A DNA stretch of 32,000 nt from Halorhodospira halophila SL1 (GTDB lineage Bacteria; Pseudomonadota; Gammaproteobacteria; Nitrococcales; Halorhodospiraceae): assembly GCF_000015585.1 (NCBI RefSeq), contig NC_008789.1, forward strand, positions 2,070,001 through 2,102,000. Reading direction: 5' to 3'. The notes under the pieces are model-generated. The model did not search any database and was not told where the DNA came from. It saw only the letters and a list, made by a program, of their open reading frames with translations. This document shows, piece after piece, positions 1 through 9,078 of this stretch (position 1 is its first letter; each line of letters opens with the position of its first letter). The translations under genes and the position numbers were made by a program.

Positions 1-1395
1 CACATCAGCGGCGCAGACTCCTCCCTCGACAACCGAGAAATCGCTTCCGGACTCCTGCGTGTCTTCGTCAGCGGCTTGGGCCTTGAAGGTCTCCCGCTCG
101 AGAAGGCGGTTGTTCCAGATTTCCAGCTCCCACTTGCCGTCTTCCTCGGGGCTCGCTTCGGTGACCGTGCTCAGAGTGCCGTTCACGATGGAGACCCGCT
201 CCCGGTGCCCGTCGGGCGAAGTCAAACGCGCATTGCCGGTATAGGAACCACCCCCCTGTTCGTAGTCCACATCCGCCTGGATGCAGTAGTCATCGCCCGC
301 CTCGCGGCGTTCGGCGAGCAAAAGCCAGTCGCTGGTGAGCGTCCCCGAGCCGAACTCAATCGTGAGTCCGTCGCTGCCGTCGCGCTGAGCACGGCCGGCT
401 ACACGCCAGTCTCCGCGCTCGCGCAGGTAGACCGTCCAATCGTCGGAATCCTGCAGGTCTTCGACCTCCTGAAGGGTCACAACAGCCGGGCCACCCCCTT
501 CCTCGGTAAAGGTTACGGGGTCATCGCCATCATCGCGCAGGCGCAACTGGACAAAGGCTTCGGGTTGCAGGCGGTGGGCGGCACCGCCAGGGGGGTCGAG
601 GTTGATCGGGCTTTGCCCGCCATCGGCTTCGCTCCCGTGACCCCGATTATCACCCGGAAGGACATCCCAGTCCTCATCGGTAAACACCTGCGAACGCGCC
701 AGGTGGAAGGCGCTGACCTCCCCTTCGACCCGGTCTGCCGCAATCTCGACCTTTAGGCCTGCCTCATCATCCTCGAACGTCGCCGTACTGCTGCTGGCTG
801 CACCCACAACGGCGCCTTCAGCGTCATTAAAGGAGAAGGCATCCACCCACTCCTCGACCATGTCCTCGTCGAGCTGGAGCAGGTCATCCTCGAGGGACTC
901 CCCCTCACTGCTACGGAACGTCCTGCTGGCGACGGCATATCCATCCCGGCGCAATTCCACGACCGCCCGGTCGATGGAGCGATCGAACTCATCCTCGGTG
1001 ATCTCCAGTTCGATGTGCCCGTCGTCGTCGGTCTGACCGAGTATCGGTTCGGACTCGTTTATGGGGTTACCGTCGCGGTCGTAGAGTTCAACCTCGACGG
1101 TCACGTCCTCGAGCAATTCCCGTCGCGATGAGCGAGTGCCTTCTTCCTCGTCCTCGCGTACAGCGACCGTTCCACTGAGTCGGACCCCTCCACTCAGTGC
1201 ATGGCCTTCCTGGGAGCCATCCCCAATCGCGGTGGCCTGGGTCCCGGTCCCGTCATCGCAACCGGCCAGCAGTAGCAAGACGCTGCACCACAGCGCTGCA
1301 GCGCCCCGGAATACATGCCCCACCCGGCGTTTGCCCGGAGGCATTCCGCGCACCGAATCGATCATCGGGGGTGTGCTTGTGAATCGCATGGCCAT
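1..1395 (-). CDS. Very acidic lipoprotein, 3'-truncated by the window edge (N-terminal 465 codons present)
   Basis: Missing from the ORF track because it runs off the left edge. The reverse complement from ATG 1395 (other in-frame Met codons at 1389, 1365, 1344) is open to nt 1. N-terminus ..MPPGKRRVGHVFRGAAALWCSVLLLLAGCDDGTG is a signal peptide plus lipobox (LAGC). The mature part is D/E-rich (e.g. VTVEVELYDRDGNPINESEPILGQTDDDGHIELEITEDEF). The listed + ORF 76..756 is its antisense shadow. Confidence 0.6.
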   Translation of the reverse strand, partial: MAMRFTSTPPMIDSVRGMPPGKRRVGHVFRGAAALWCSVLLLLAGCDDGTGTQATAIGDGSQEGHALSGGVRLSGTVAVREDEEEGTRSSRRELLEDVTVEVELYDRDGNPINESEPILGQTDDDGHIELEITEDEFDRSIDRAVVELRRDGYAVASRTFRSSEGESLEDDLLQLDEDMVEEWVDAFSFNDAEGAVVGAASSSTATFEDDEAGLKVEIAADRVEGEVSAFHLARSQVFTDEDWDVLPGDNRGHGSEADGGQSPINLDPPGGAAHRLQPEAFVQLRLRDDGDDPVTFTEEGGGPAVVTLQEVEDLQDSDDWTVYLRERGDWRVAGRAQRDGSDGLTIEFGSGTLTSDWLLLAERREAGDDYCIQADVDYEQGGGSYTGNARLTSPDGHRERVSIVNGTLSTVTEASPEEDGKWELEIWNNRLLERETFKAQAADEDTQESGSDFSVVEGGVCAADV

Positions 1396-1439
1396 GCTTT
1401 GTCCATCCTTGATGAGTTCGCGAACGCTGTGGCTTCCGG

Positions 1440-2741
1440 CTAGTAGGAGTACGACGTCGCCAGGAACAGGGTTGCGGTGGTGCTGGTCAGGTCCTGGGCA
1501 CCGACGTTGGGGTCGTCGATAATGTAGGCCTCACCGGTGCCGTAGCTGCCGGTCACGCCCACGGAGACGGACGTGTTCTGGGTAAACCGGGTCAGGCTCA
1601 GGGAGCCACCGAATCGATCAACGCTATGGTCAAAGCCGTCGTAGGCGACCTCGTCGACATTGGAGAAGTCCGTGAACCCGCCAAGCCGGATGGCCCAGTC
1701 TGCCGTTAGGTAGTACTCGGCACCGGCCGCGAAATTGGTGACCGGCTCTCGTCCCCCGAAGCCGCTGGAGTGGATCACATCGGCGGCGAGGAGCAGACGC
1801 TGCGTCGCGAACCAGGCAGCGCCGACGCGGGTCTCGACCGGGTACGCCTCGCGCACGCTATCCTCAGTACGATCCTGGAAGGTCACGCTGCCGGATTGGC
1901 AGAAGTGATCGGCCTCGTACGCCTCAACATCGGCCCCGTGGCAGAGCGTCTGGGTGGAGTTGGTCGCATCGAAGATCTCCGTACCCCGGACGCTGACCCC
2001 AATCGCCACGCGCTCCAGCGGGGTGAACATCGCTCCCACCAGCCAACTCACTCCAACCTGCTCGCTGGTGACGTACTGGTTCTGCACCTCGTAGTCCCGG
2101 GCACTAGTGGCTTCGTCCTCGAGCAGGAGCACCTGGGTGGTAATGGTCTGCCGCTCGTGCTGGTGGAGATGAAGGGACGCGCCCAGTGAAAGCCGATCGT
2201 TCACCTCAAAGGCGATGGACGGCCCCAAGCGGTTGATGGTGTCTTCATTGTCCACATTGATGGAAAACGCCTGCACCGCATCGCGTTCGATGGCATCCGC
2301 ATCGAAGGTCTGAGCCTGCTCCTCACGAACGGACTGCGGGACGACGACAGAAAAGCCCACCGTGACGGGGCCTAGGGGCTGGGTGGTACCGAAGAAGTTG
2401 GGCAGGAACTCATCGGAGTTCCGTTCCCAGTCCGAGCCCTCGCCAAGCGTATCGGCATAGCGATTGCTGGTGATGTGGAACGCGTTGACGCTCGCCGAAA
2501 GGTTCGGGGCGTGGCCGTAGACGATGCCGGCGGGGTTGTAGTAGAGACCGGAGGGATCGTCCGAGATCCCCGCCGCCGCGCCGCCCATCCCCATGGGCCG
2601 GTCGCCGACATGCATGCCGACATTATTGGAGCGGCTCATGGCGCTTGCCTCGGTGGCGATCCCGACCATCGCCACGACAGCGACGGCGGATTGCACGACG
2701 CGGCTGCTGCACCCGCTCCGCCCGGCGAAGAGTCGACTCAT
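1440..2741 (-). CDS. Outer-membrane beta-barrel, FadL/TodX (OMPP1) family-like
   Basis: 433 aa with an N-terminal signal peptide (..VAMVGIATEASA). Has the FadL-type N-terminal motif GGAAAGISDDPSGLYYNPAGI. The body shows alternating beta-strand character, and the C-terminus ..FLATSYSY ends in an aromatic residue as OM barrels do. Its start overlaps the stop of the upstream M48 gene (ATGA at 2738-2741). Confidence 0.75.
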   Translation of the reverse strand: MSRLFAGRSGCSSRVVQSAVAVVAMVGIATEASAMSRSNNVGMHVGDRPMGMGGAAAGISDDPSGLYYNPAGIVYGHAPNLSASVNAFHITSNRYADTLGEGSDWERNSDEFLPNFFGTTQPLGPVTVGFSVVVPQSVREEQAQTFDADAIERDAVQAFSINVDNEDTINRLGPSIAFEVNDRLSLGASLHLHQHERQTITTQVLLLEDEATSARDYEVQNQYVTSEQVGVSWLVGAMFTPLERVAIGVSVRGTEIFDATNSTQTLCHGADVEAYEADHFCQSGSVTFQDRTEDSVREAYPVETRVGAAWFATQRLLLAADVIHSSGFGGREPVTNFAAGAEYYLTADWAIRLGGFTDFSNVDEVAYDGFDHSVDRFGGSLSLTRFTQNTSVSVGVTGSYGTGEAYIIDDPNVGAQDLTSTTATLFLATSYSY

Positions 2742-3685
2742 TGCATGTTCTCCTGGAATCGGTCGCCCATGCGCGGTCGCTCCGCGTCAGCCAGCCCCAT
2801 CTCCACCATGAAGCCCTCCAGTGCTTGAAGCCGTTCATCCAGCGGCGGATGGGTATCGGAGACACCGTCTTCCACGGTCTCGCCGCCCGAGTGGTCACGG
2901 AGCCGCTCGAGGTACCGACGAAGCCCCTCGGGGTCGTAGCCCGACTGAGCCGCCAGCAACGTGCCCATTCGATCCGCCTCCAACTCGTCCTCCTTGCTCA
3001 GCCCCTCTTCCAGGAGAATCTCCAGCGCCTGATCCACCGCCTGCGCAAAGGCGGCGCGGGCCGGGTCCCCGGAACCCCCGACGATGCGTGCGAGGCCGGA
3101 GGCGATCCCCCCTTCACCGCTCGTGATATCCAGTTCCTTAACGATATGCCGTTCGGTGACGTGGATGATCTCGTGGGCCAGCACCCCGGCCAGCTCCGAT
3201 TCGTCCTCCATGAGTTCAAGGGCGCCCCGGGAGACGAAGATGTAGCCGCCCGGCGTGGCAAACGCCTTCACCGCGTCGGTGTCGAGGACCGCAAACCGGA
3301 AGTCGATCTCCGGGCGGTTGGCATTGCGGACCAGGGAGTGGCCCACCAAAGCCACGTAGCGATCCCGACGGTCGGCCTGGTCGAGCTGGTGGCGCCCCAG
3401 CAGATGGGCTGCCACCTCGCGCCCGAAGTCGATCTCGACAGCCACGTCCTCAGCATCGAAATCGAACTGGCGGACCTGGCCCAGGCGTTGGCGTGCCTGC
3501 CGCGGATTGAAGTCGACGGCCTGGACCCCACCGGCGTCGCCGGCCCCGGTGTGGCCCGTGCCGTTGACGCCGCCCTGCGCCCCACCGACTGGCACCGGCG
3601 AGAACACGCTGAACCACAGGGCGCAGATCAGAAGCGCTGCGGCGCTGAATCCCAGTGGCCGTCCCGGCTTCGTTCGCATCCTCAT
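2738..3685 (-). CDS. Secreted M48-family zinc metallopeptidase
   Basis: 315 aa with a signal peptide. Zinc motif HEIIH within GVLAHEIIHVTERH, plus the downstream M48 signature EDELEADRMG. GGYIFVSRGAL is typical of BepA/YfgC-like M48 proteases. ATGA overlaps at both ends (3682-3685 and 2738-2741). Confidence 0.9.
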   Translation of the reverse strand: MRMRTKPGRPLGFSAAALLICALWFSVFSPVPVGGAQGGVNGTGHTGAGDAGGVQAVDFNPRQARQRLGQVRQFDFDAEDVAVEIDFGREVAAHLLGRHQLDQADRRDRYVALVGHSLVRNANRPEIDFRFAVLDTDAVKAFATPGGYIFVSRGALELMEDESELAGVLAHEIIHVTERHIVKELDITSGEGGIASGLARIVGGSGDPARAAFAQAVDQALEILLEEGLSKEDELEADRMGTLLAAQSGYDPEGLRRYLERLRDHSGGETVEDGVSDTHPPLDERLQALEGFMVEMGLADAERPRMGDRFQENMQ

Positions 3686-4164
3686 CGCAACGCCTCCCGA
3701 AAGGCGCGGAGTTCGTCTTCATCCACCGCCTGCTCTTCCAGTTCGGCCAGCGCCCGATAGTCCGCCATGTCGCGGTCACTCAGGCGCTCGCGCTGCTCCG
3801 GGGTCAGGCCACGGGCCGCAGCGGCACTGGCCACCTCCGACGAGCGGCGGCGTGAGTCGTCGATATCCGGCGCCTCACCATCGAGGATGCTGTCCCGCTC
3901 CATAGGCGGCTGCGTGGCAACCACCAGGCGCGACACCCAGCCCTCTTCCCCGTCGTGACGCACCCGATACCACACCCCCTCGGAGGCCAGCTGTTCCAGT
4001 TCCGTGCCGCGGGGGACCCGCCTCACCACCTCGGCATCCAGGCTTGCCTCGGCGTAGACCTCGCCCTGCTCACTCTGGACGAAGAGCAAATCCTCCCCCG
4101 ACGCCGCGGAAGCGAGGACCAGACCGAGCGGGAGGATCAGCCAGTGCCACTGTGATCGCCTCAT
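3682..4164 (-). CDS. Secreted bacterial SH3 (SH3b) domain protein
   Basis: 160 aa with signal peptide MRRSQWHWLILPLGLVLASAASG. SH3b-like segment: VYAEASLDAEVVRRVPRGTELEQLASEGVWYRVRHDGEEGWVSRLVV. ATGA overlap with the cyclase stop (4161-4164). Confidence 0.75.
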   Translation of the reverse strand: MRRSQWHWLILPLGLVLASAASGEDLLFVQSEQGEVYAEASLDAEVVRRVPRGTELEQLASEGVWYRVRHDGEEGWVSRLVVATQPPMERDSILDGEAPDIDDSRRRSSEVASAAAARGLTPEQRERLSDRDMADYRALAELEEQAVDEDELRAFREALR

Positions 4165-6098
4165 GCTCCCTCCGGTGGCGCGATGGGTTCATAGAGATCA
4201 AGCATGCGCTGCCGCCCCCGGACCTGGACCCGATCCACGTACCGGCACTGCCACCCCTGCGGCAGATCCGCGTAGGTATCGCCGCTGATCAGCACCGAGC
4301 AGCCGTAGGCCTTGGTCAGGTCTTCCAGGCGGGAGGCGACGTTCACGTTGTCGCCGATCACCGTGTAGTCCAGCTTGCGGACCGAGCCGATATTGCCGAG
4401 CACGACCTCACCGGTATGGAGGCCGATGCCGATCGCAAGCGGTTTACCACCGCGGGCGACCACGGCCTCGTTGACTCCTTCCAGGCGCTGCGTCATGGCC
4501 AGTGCCGCGCGTACCGCCCGGTCCGCGTGATCGCGGACCCGGACCGGCGCCCCCCAGAAGGCCATGACCGCGTCGCCGATGAACTTATCGAGGGTCCCAT
4601 CGTGCTCGAAGATGGCCTCGCTCATCTCCCCGAGGTGGATGTTCAGCAACTCCACGACCGACGCCGCCTCCTGCCCCTCCGACAGGCTCGTAAACCCCCG
4701 GATATCGGAGAAGAGCAGCGTCACCTGCTCGGTGCTGCCCACCTCTCCGGTGGCGACTTCACCGCGGCGATCGACCACCTCCTGAAGGACTGCCGGTGAG
4801 ACGTACTGCGCCAGCAGCTGCCGGACCCGGCGACGATCGCGCCCTTCCGTGAAGCCGAGAAAGACGAGCACGGTGACCCAGGCCAGGAGCACGCCGACCA
4901 CGAGCGGCAGCCACGACCAGACGATCCCGGCCGCATGCTGAACGAGGACCCAGGCCGTCCACGCCGCCACCACGGCCAGCGGCAGGAGTACACGAGCGCT
5001 CAGTGCCGGCACCAGCAGGACAGCCAGGCCGACTGCCCCGGCCGCCGCAGGCACCAATACCGCCTCGATGGTGCCGGGGCCGAACCGCAGCGTCTGGCCA
5101 TCCAGGAGATTGCCGATCAGAGAGGCGTGCAGCTCCACGCCGGGAGTGCGCCCCGACAAGGGGGTCGCCTTGAGGTCGTGGAGGGCTGCGGCGCTGGCCC
5201 CGACGAAGACGATCCGGTCGTTGAAGACCTCGGGGTCCACCCGCAGGTCCGCCAGCTCACCGCGGCGGATCTGGCGTTGCGCCTCGAAGAGCTCGACAAC
5301 GGGGTAGCTATCGAACTCCGCGTACGGATTGACCAGGGCCTGGCCCGACGCGTCGGTAGCCAGCGTCTGATCTGCCCACTGCACCCCCTGCTCGTCCCAA
5401 TCGATGGTGGACGAATCCTGCCCCGCTGCGAGCAGCGCCGCGACACCGAGCGCCGGGTAGATTTCGCCGTCGTAGGGCAGCAGTGGAGGGAGGCGGCGGT
5501 GCACTCCGTCGCGATCCGGTCCCGTTGTCACCACCCCGAGCTGCTCGGCCTTGTCGGCCAGGGGTGCCACCGGTACGCCGTGCTCCTGAAAGCGCGGATC
5601 CGGCCACCCTTGGGTGTCCCCCAGCGCGTAGCGATCGGCCATTCCCTTCGGCAAGGGGTCTGCAGACCGGTCCTCCCGCGGATTGGCCTCCAAGAACTGC
5701 ATGGCGTGAACCACGCCTCCCAGCGCCGCGCTTGCCTGGGCGAAGGCGGCATCCCCGGCCCCCCCATCCTCCCGGGCCGACTCGGTGAAGAGAACGTCGA
5801 AGACCACCGCCGCCGGGCGCCCATGCGCGAGGAATTCCAGGAGGTCCGCCCAGAGCGAGCGGGGCCAGGGCCAGCGCCCCACCGCCGGCTCCATGGCGCG
5901 GATGCTGTACTCGTCCACATAGAGGATAACGATCTCCTCCGGGGCGTGCGCATCCCCGTGCAACCACTGTGTCCGCTGGTCGTAGACGACCCGCTCAACG
6001 GGAACCAGCCAGCCGACGGTATGGAGCACACCGGCGACGGTGGCCGCCAGGACCACCAGTCCGACACCGACCGCCCGACGCCGCGCCGGCTGAGCCAC
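4161..6098 (-). CDS. CHASE2 sensor domain - class III adenylate/guanylate cyclase
   Basis: 645 aa. N-terminal TM, then a ~300-aa extracytoplasmic region (CHASE2-like), then 3 TM helices. C-terminal cyclase catalytic motifs are LLFSDIRGFTSLSE, FIGDAVMAFWGAP, GLHTGEVVLGNIGS and DYTVIGDNVNVASRLE. Confidence 0.9.
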   Translation of the reverse strand: MAQPARRRAVGVGLVVLAATVAGVLHTVGWLVPVERVVYDQRTQWLHGDAHAPEEIVILYVDEYSIRAMEPAVGRWPWPRSLWADLLEFLAHGRPAAVVFDVLFTESAREDGGAGDAAFAQASAALGGVVHAMQFLEANPREDRSADPLPKGMADRYALGDTQGWPDPRFQEHGVPVAPLADKAEQLGVVTTGPDRDGVHRRLPPLLPYDGEIYPALGVAALLAAGQDSSTIDWDEQGVQWADQTLATDASGQALVNPYAEFDSYPVVELFEAQRQIRRGELADLRVDPEVFNDRIVFVGASAAALHDLKATPLSGRTPGVELHASLIGNLLDGQTLRFGPGTIEAVLVPAAAGAVGLAVLLVPALSARVLLPLAVVAAWTAWVLVQHAAGIVWSWLPLVVGVLLAWVTVLVFLGFTEGRDRRRVRQLLAQYVSPAVLQEVVDRRGEVATGEVGSTEQVTLLFSDIRGFTSLSEGQEAASVVELLNIHLGEMSEAIFEHDGTLDKFIGDAVMAFWGAPVRVRDHADRAVRAALAMTQRLEGVNEAVVARGGKPLAIGIGLHTGEVVLGNIGSVRKLDYTVIGDNVNVASRLEDLTKAYGCSVLISGDTYADLPQGWQCRYVDRVQVRGRQRMLDLYEPIAPPEGA

Positions 6099-6122
6099 TC
6101 GCCTTAGCCTCCGGGATTCCCC

Positions 6123-6779
6123 TTACTCGTCTTCGCCTTCCTCTTCCTCGTCGCCGTCTTCATCCGATTCGAAATCGAGGCCGTCGTCCATGTCTCCCTC
6201 GTCGCCGCCTTCGTCTTCGGCATCGACGTCTTCTTCAGCGGCCTCGTCGTCCACCTCGGAATCGTCCTGCCAGTCTTCTTCGTCGACCTCTTCTTCCTCT
6301 TCGACCAGCAGGGCCCGCTTATCCGCAACGGCGTCGCGGAGCGCGTGGAGTTCGTCCTCATCGGCAAAGACCGCCACGCCGCCAACGCCCGCGTTCTTCA
6401 CCCACGGGTGGAGCCCACCGACACCACCGAGCGCGAACCAGCCCCAACCGGTCGTGCAAATCGGCTGGCGGCCCCCTTCATCGCCACCCAGCCAGCGGAC
6501 ATTGATGACGGCGTTACCGCCGACCTGCCGCGCCTCTTCCCGCAGCTCATCCGCCGCTTCCGAGGTGAGATCCCCGCACGACTCCCACACGAAGCCGTTG
6601 GCCCGCGCCTGGACACCCCCGATCTCCACGAACTGGATGTTCCCGGCCGTCTCCCCGGAGTACATCTCCCGCTCGTCGTAGTTGACGAAGCTCGTGCTCG
6701 TCGAGCACCCACTGATGAACCCTACTGTCAGTGCCGCTGCACTGGCCATTAACCACCGAGATTGGTACATGAGTTTCAC
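6123..6779 (-). CDS. Lipoprotein with a 60-residue poly-Asp/Glu C-terminal tail (N-terminal domain possibly YbjQ/UPF0145-like)
   Basis: 218 aa with lipobox LTVGFISGC. Segment EEARQVGGNAVINVRW resembles the YbjQ-family GANAV motif (tentative). In aa 159-218 about 40 of 60 residues are D/E. Confidence 0.75.
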   Translation of the reverse strand: MKLMYQSRWLMASAAALTVGFISGCSTSTSFVNYDEREMYSGETAGNIQFVEIGGVQARANGFVWESCGDLTSEAADELREEARQVGGNAVINVRWLGGDEGGRQPICTTGWGWFALGGVGGLHPWVKNAGVGGVAVFADEDELHALRDAVADKRALLVEEEEEVDEEDWQDDSEVDDEAAEEDVDAEDEGGDEGDMDDGLDFESDEDGDEEEEGEDE

Positions 6780-6838
6780 CCTTCCATTACCGCGTTTGTC
6801 GTTTTCGTCATGACTCTGCGAGCACTATCCGGCAGCGC

Positions 6839-9040
6839 TTACCGCGACTCACCGCAAGCCCCGTGGGAATCCGGGGCCTCTCCATCGAACGCCTCGAAAA
6901 CGAGGATTTCGAAGTCATCCGCGTCCTCATTCGATTCTTCTTCCAGCGCTGCAAGCGCCTCGTCCCGCGTCTGCTCGACATCCCAGGATTCGGTATCCCC
7001 CTCGTAACTAAGGTCGAACACCCAGCCGCGGGGGGTCAGGCCGTCGAAATCAGCGGCATTGCTACGCTCCCATCCCGAACCGTTTTCTTCCTTATCGTGG
7101 GCAAAGTTGAATCGGTCTTCATCATCCAGCTCGAACTCTTCGCCAAGGAATACGTCGCGCCAGTCACCTGAGTCCAGACTTCCATTACCATTCTCTCCTC
7201 GCCACTCACCCTCGTGCCAGGAGTCCTCATCCCAGTAGCGATCCGACAGCTTTGACCAGAATTCGCTGCGCTTGAGCTCTTCGCTATCATTAAACTTCGG
7301 AGAACCTGACCACTCTCTGTCGTCGTCGGTTTTTTTCCAAAATGTCTCGTTATAGAACTGCGAGAGCGTGTAATCGTTCGAGCTGCTACGCACTCGCAGA
7401 TGCATCGTCTCTTCCACGCCGGCGAAGTTGACATTCAGGAGCAGGGCGCGGTCTGATGCGCGCTCCCATGTGCCGGTCATGCGCAGTGCCACGCTGTCCT
7501 CGCCGGCCTCGCCGCCCCCACCCTTGATCTCTTCTTCCTGCTCCGAATCAAGATCGAGGTCGAAGCTCTCAAATGTTCCGTCGAGACAGACGGTAAGCGC
7601 ACCTTCGTCGGAGTAACCTTTGTGCTCATCACCCTTGTAAAACCCGGGGTCCGCATAATCATCCGAGGGAAAATCAGATGCAGGCTCAAAGAAGAAGCGG
7701 ATCCTGCCGGTATCTTCCCCGGCGTCCCCGCCCGTTACCTCAAGTGCGAGCTTGGTCTTGCTGATTTCCGGGAGGACGGCCTTTACTGTGCTTTGAGTGA
7801 TCAGTTCAGCCCAGCCGTCCTCACTGTCGTCAAGTCCTCCGTTATCCCTTTTCCCCCGGATGGAGTCACTGAGCTGGCGGATATCGACTTGTTCGCCGAC
7901 CCCCGCCCTGGAAAGCCCGTCAAGGATTTTTTGGTAATCACCGTTCTTCGAACTACCGCTTCCAGTCGCACTTACTTCACTAGGACTATCGCTGGAGCGC
8001 GCATCTTCGCGAGCAACGGCAGCGGCCACCTCGCCCGCACGGGCTTTGCTCTTTACGTCGTTTTCTGACGCGCCCCCAATGGCGCTTCCGGAGGGGGGTG
8101 GCTTCAGGCCTCTTAGGGCTTCGTTGATTTCCGCCACGTCGTCACTGGAGAACCCATCAGTGCCAAAATTATCATCGATTGATGATATAGACTCCTTGAA
8201 ACCACCAAGGATATCTTCTATAGCACTTTTATCTAGAGAAAAATCAACGCCACCCGGATCACTCCCGTCAAGATCGGGTTTACCCAGTTTTTCACGAATC
8301 AGCCGGTAGAGCTCCATTGAGAGATCGAGCCCAAGAGCATCCTCGACTCTCTCGCGATCGACTCCCTGTTCATCGAGCCAACCATCCAAACCGGCAGCCA
8401 ACACGTCAACCGTCTTATGCAGAGCCAGGGCTTCAAAGAGCGCTTTCTTGTCGGCGTCCTTCGCACTCTCCCAAGCCCAGCCATTACTGCCATCGGCGTC
8501 TCCCCAAAAATCGACGCCGAAATCACCGACCGGATCGCCTTTTCGGTTGGCAACGGACGTCAGCGGATTCACGACAAGATCCGCCGGGTTCCGGATCTCA
8601 TGGATCGAATCGAGCCGGTAGCTCATGCTGCCCTCGAAGGGCTCCCCGGTGAGGACGTCGTACCCCCCCACCATCCTCAGCGTTCCGCCTTCGTGCGCGT
8701 CGGAGACACGAAGACAGTAGCGCTCGTTGTAGTGGTCGCCGTAGGGGTCGCAATAGTCGCGAGCGGGAATCGTATCGCCGTTAATATCTAATTCCGGGCG
8801 ATAGGAGAAGAAGCCGTAACGATCCGTCCGCGCGACCGGATCCCAGGAATTGATCTGGCCATTGTCCTGGAGATCGACCCAGACCCGGGCGCCGGCCACA
8901 TAGCCGTCGACCACGGTTCCGCTGAGTTGAACGTTGCTGCCACCGCCGCTGTCGCCATCACTGGCGTCGTCACAGGCAGAGAGTACGAGGGCGCCTGAAG
9001 CCACAAGGGCGAGCGCGCTAAACTTCGGAAAATACCACAT
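6839..9040 (-). CDS. Large (733 aa) highly acidic lipoprotein, function unknown
   Basis: Signal peptide plus lipobox MWYFPKFSALALVASGALVLSACDD. Long continuous ORF, very D/E/W-rich. N-terminal SGTVVDGYVAGARVWVDLQDNGQI suggests a beta-sandwich. G+C is visibly lower than in neighbouring genes. Confidence 0.8.
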   Translation of the reverse strand: MWYFPKFSALALVASGALVLSACDDASDGDSGGGSNVQLSGTVVDGYVAGARVWVDLQDNGQINSWDPVARTDRYGFFSYRPELDINGDTIPARDYCDPYGDHYNERYCLRVSDAHEGGTLRMVGGYDVLTGEPFEGSMSYRLDSIHEIRNPADLVVNPLTSVANRKGDPVGDFGVDFWGDADGSNGWAWESAKDADKKALFEALALHKTVDVLAAGLDGWLDEQGVDRERVEDALGLDLSMELYRLIREKLGKPDLDGSDPGGVDFSLDKSAIEDILGGFKESISSIDDNFGTDGFSSDDVAEINEALRGLKPPPSGSAIGGASENDVKSKARAGEVAAAVAREDARSSDSPSEVSATGSGSSKNGDYQKILDGLSRAGVGEQVDIRQLSDSIRGKRDNGGLDDSEDGWAELITQSTVKAVLPEISKTKLALEVTGGDAGEDTGRIRFFFEPASDFPSDDYADPGFYKGDEHKGYSDEGALTVCLDGTFESFDLDLDSEQEEEIKGGGGEAGEDSVALRMTGTWERASDRALLLNVNFAGVEETMHLRVRSSSNDYTLSQFYNETFWKKTDDDREWSGSPKFNDSEELKRSEFWSKLSDRYWDEDSWHEGEWRGENGNGSLDSGDWRDVFLGEEFELDDEDRFNFAHDKEENGSGWERSNAADFDGLTPRGWVFDLSYEGDTESWDVEQTRDEALAALEEESNEDADDFEILVFEAFDGEAPDSHGACGESR

Positions 9041-9078
9041 AGGAAAACCTCCAGCTTGGTCCCTGCTCAGGGCGCCGG

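Noticed and set aside
8800-8950. EF-hand-like Ca2+ loops in the 733-aa lipoprotein (DLQDNGQINSWD, DINGDTIPARD)
   Set aside because: The first has Gln at position 3 of the 12-residue loop and the second has Gly at the wrong position. In such a D/N/G-rich protein these near-matches are expected by chance. Coordinates are approximate.
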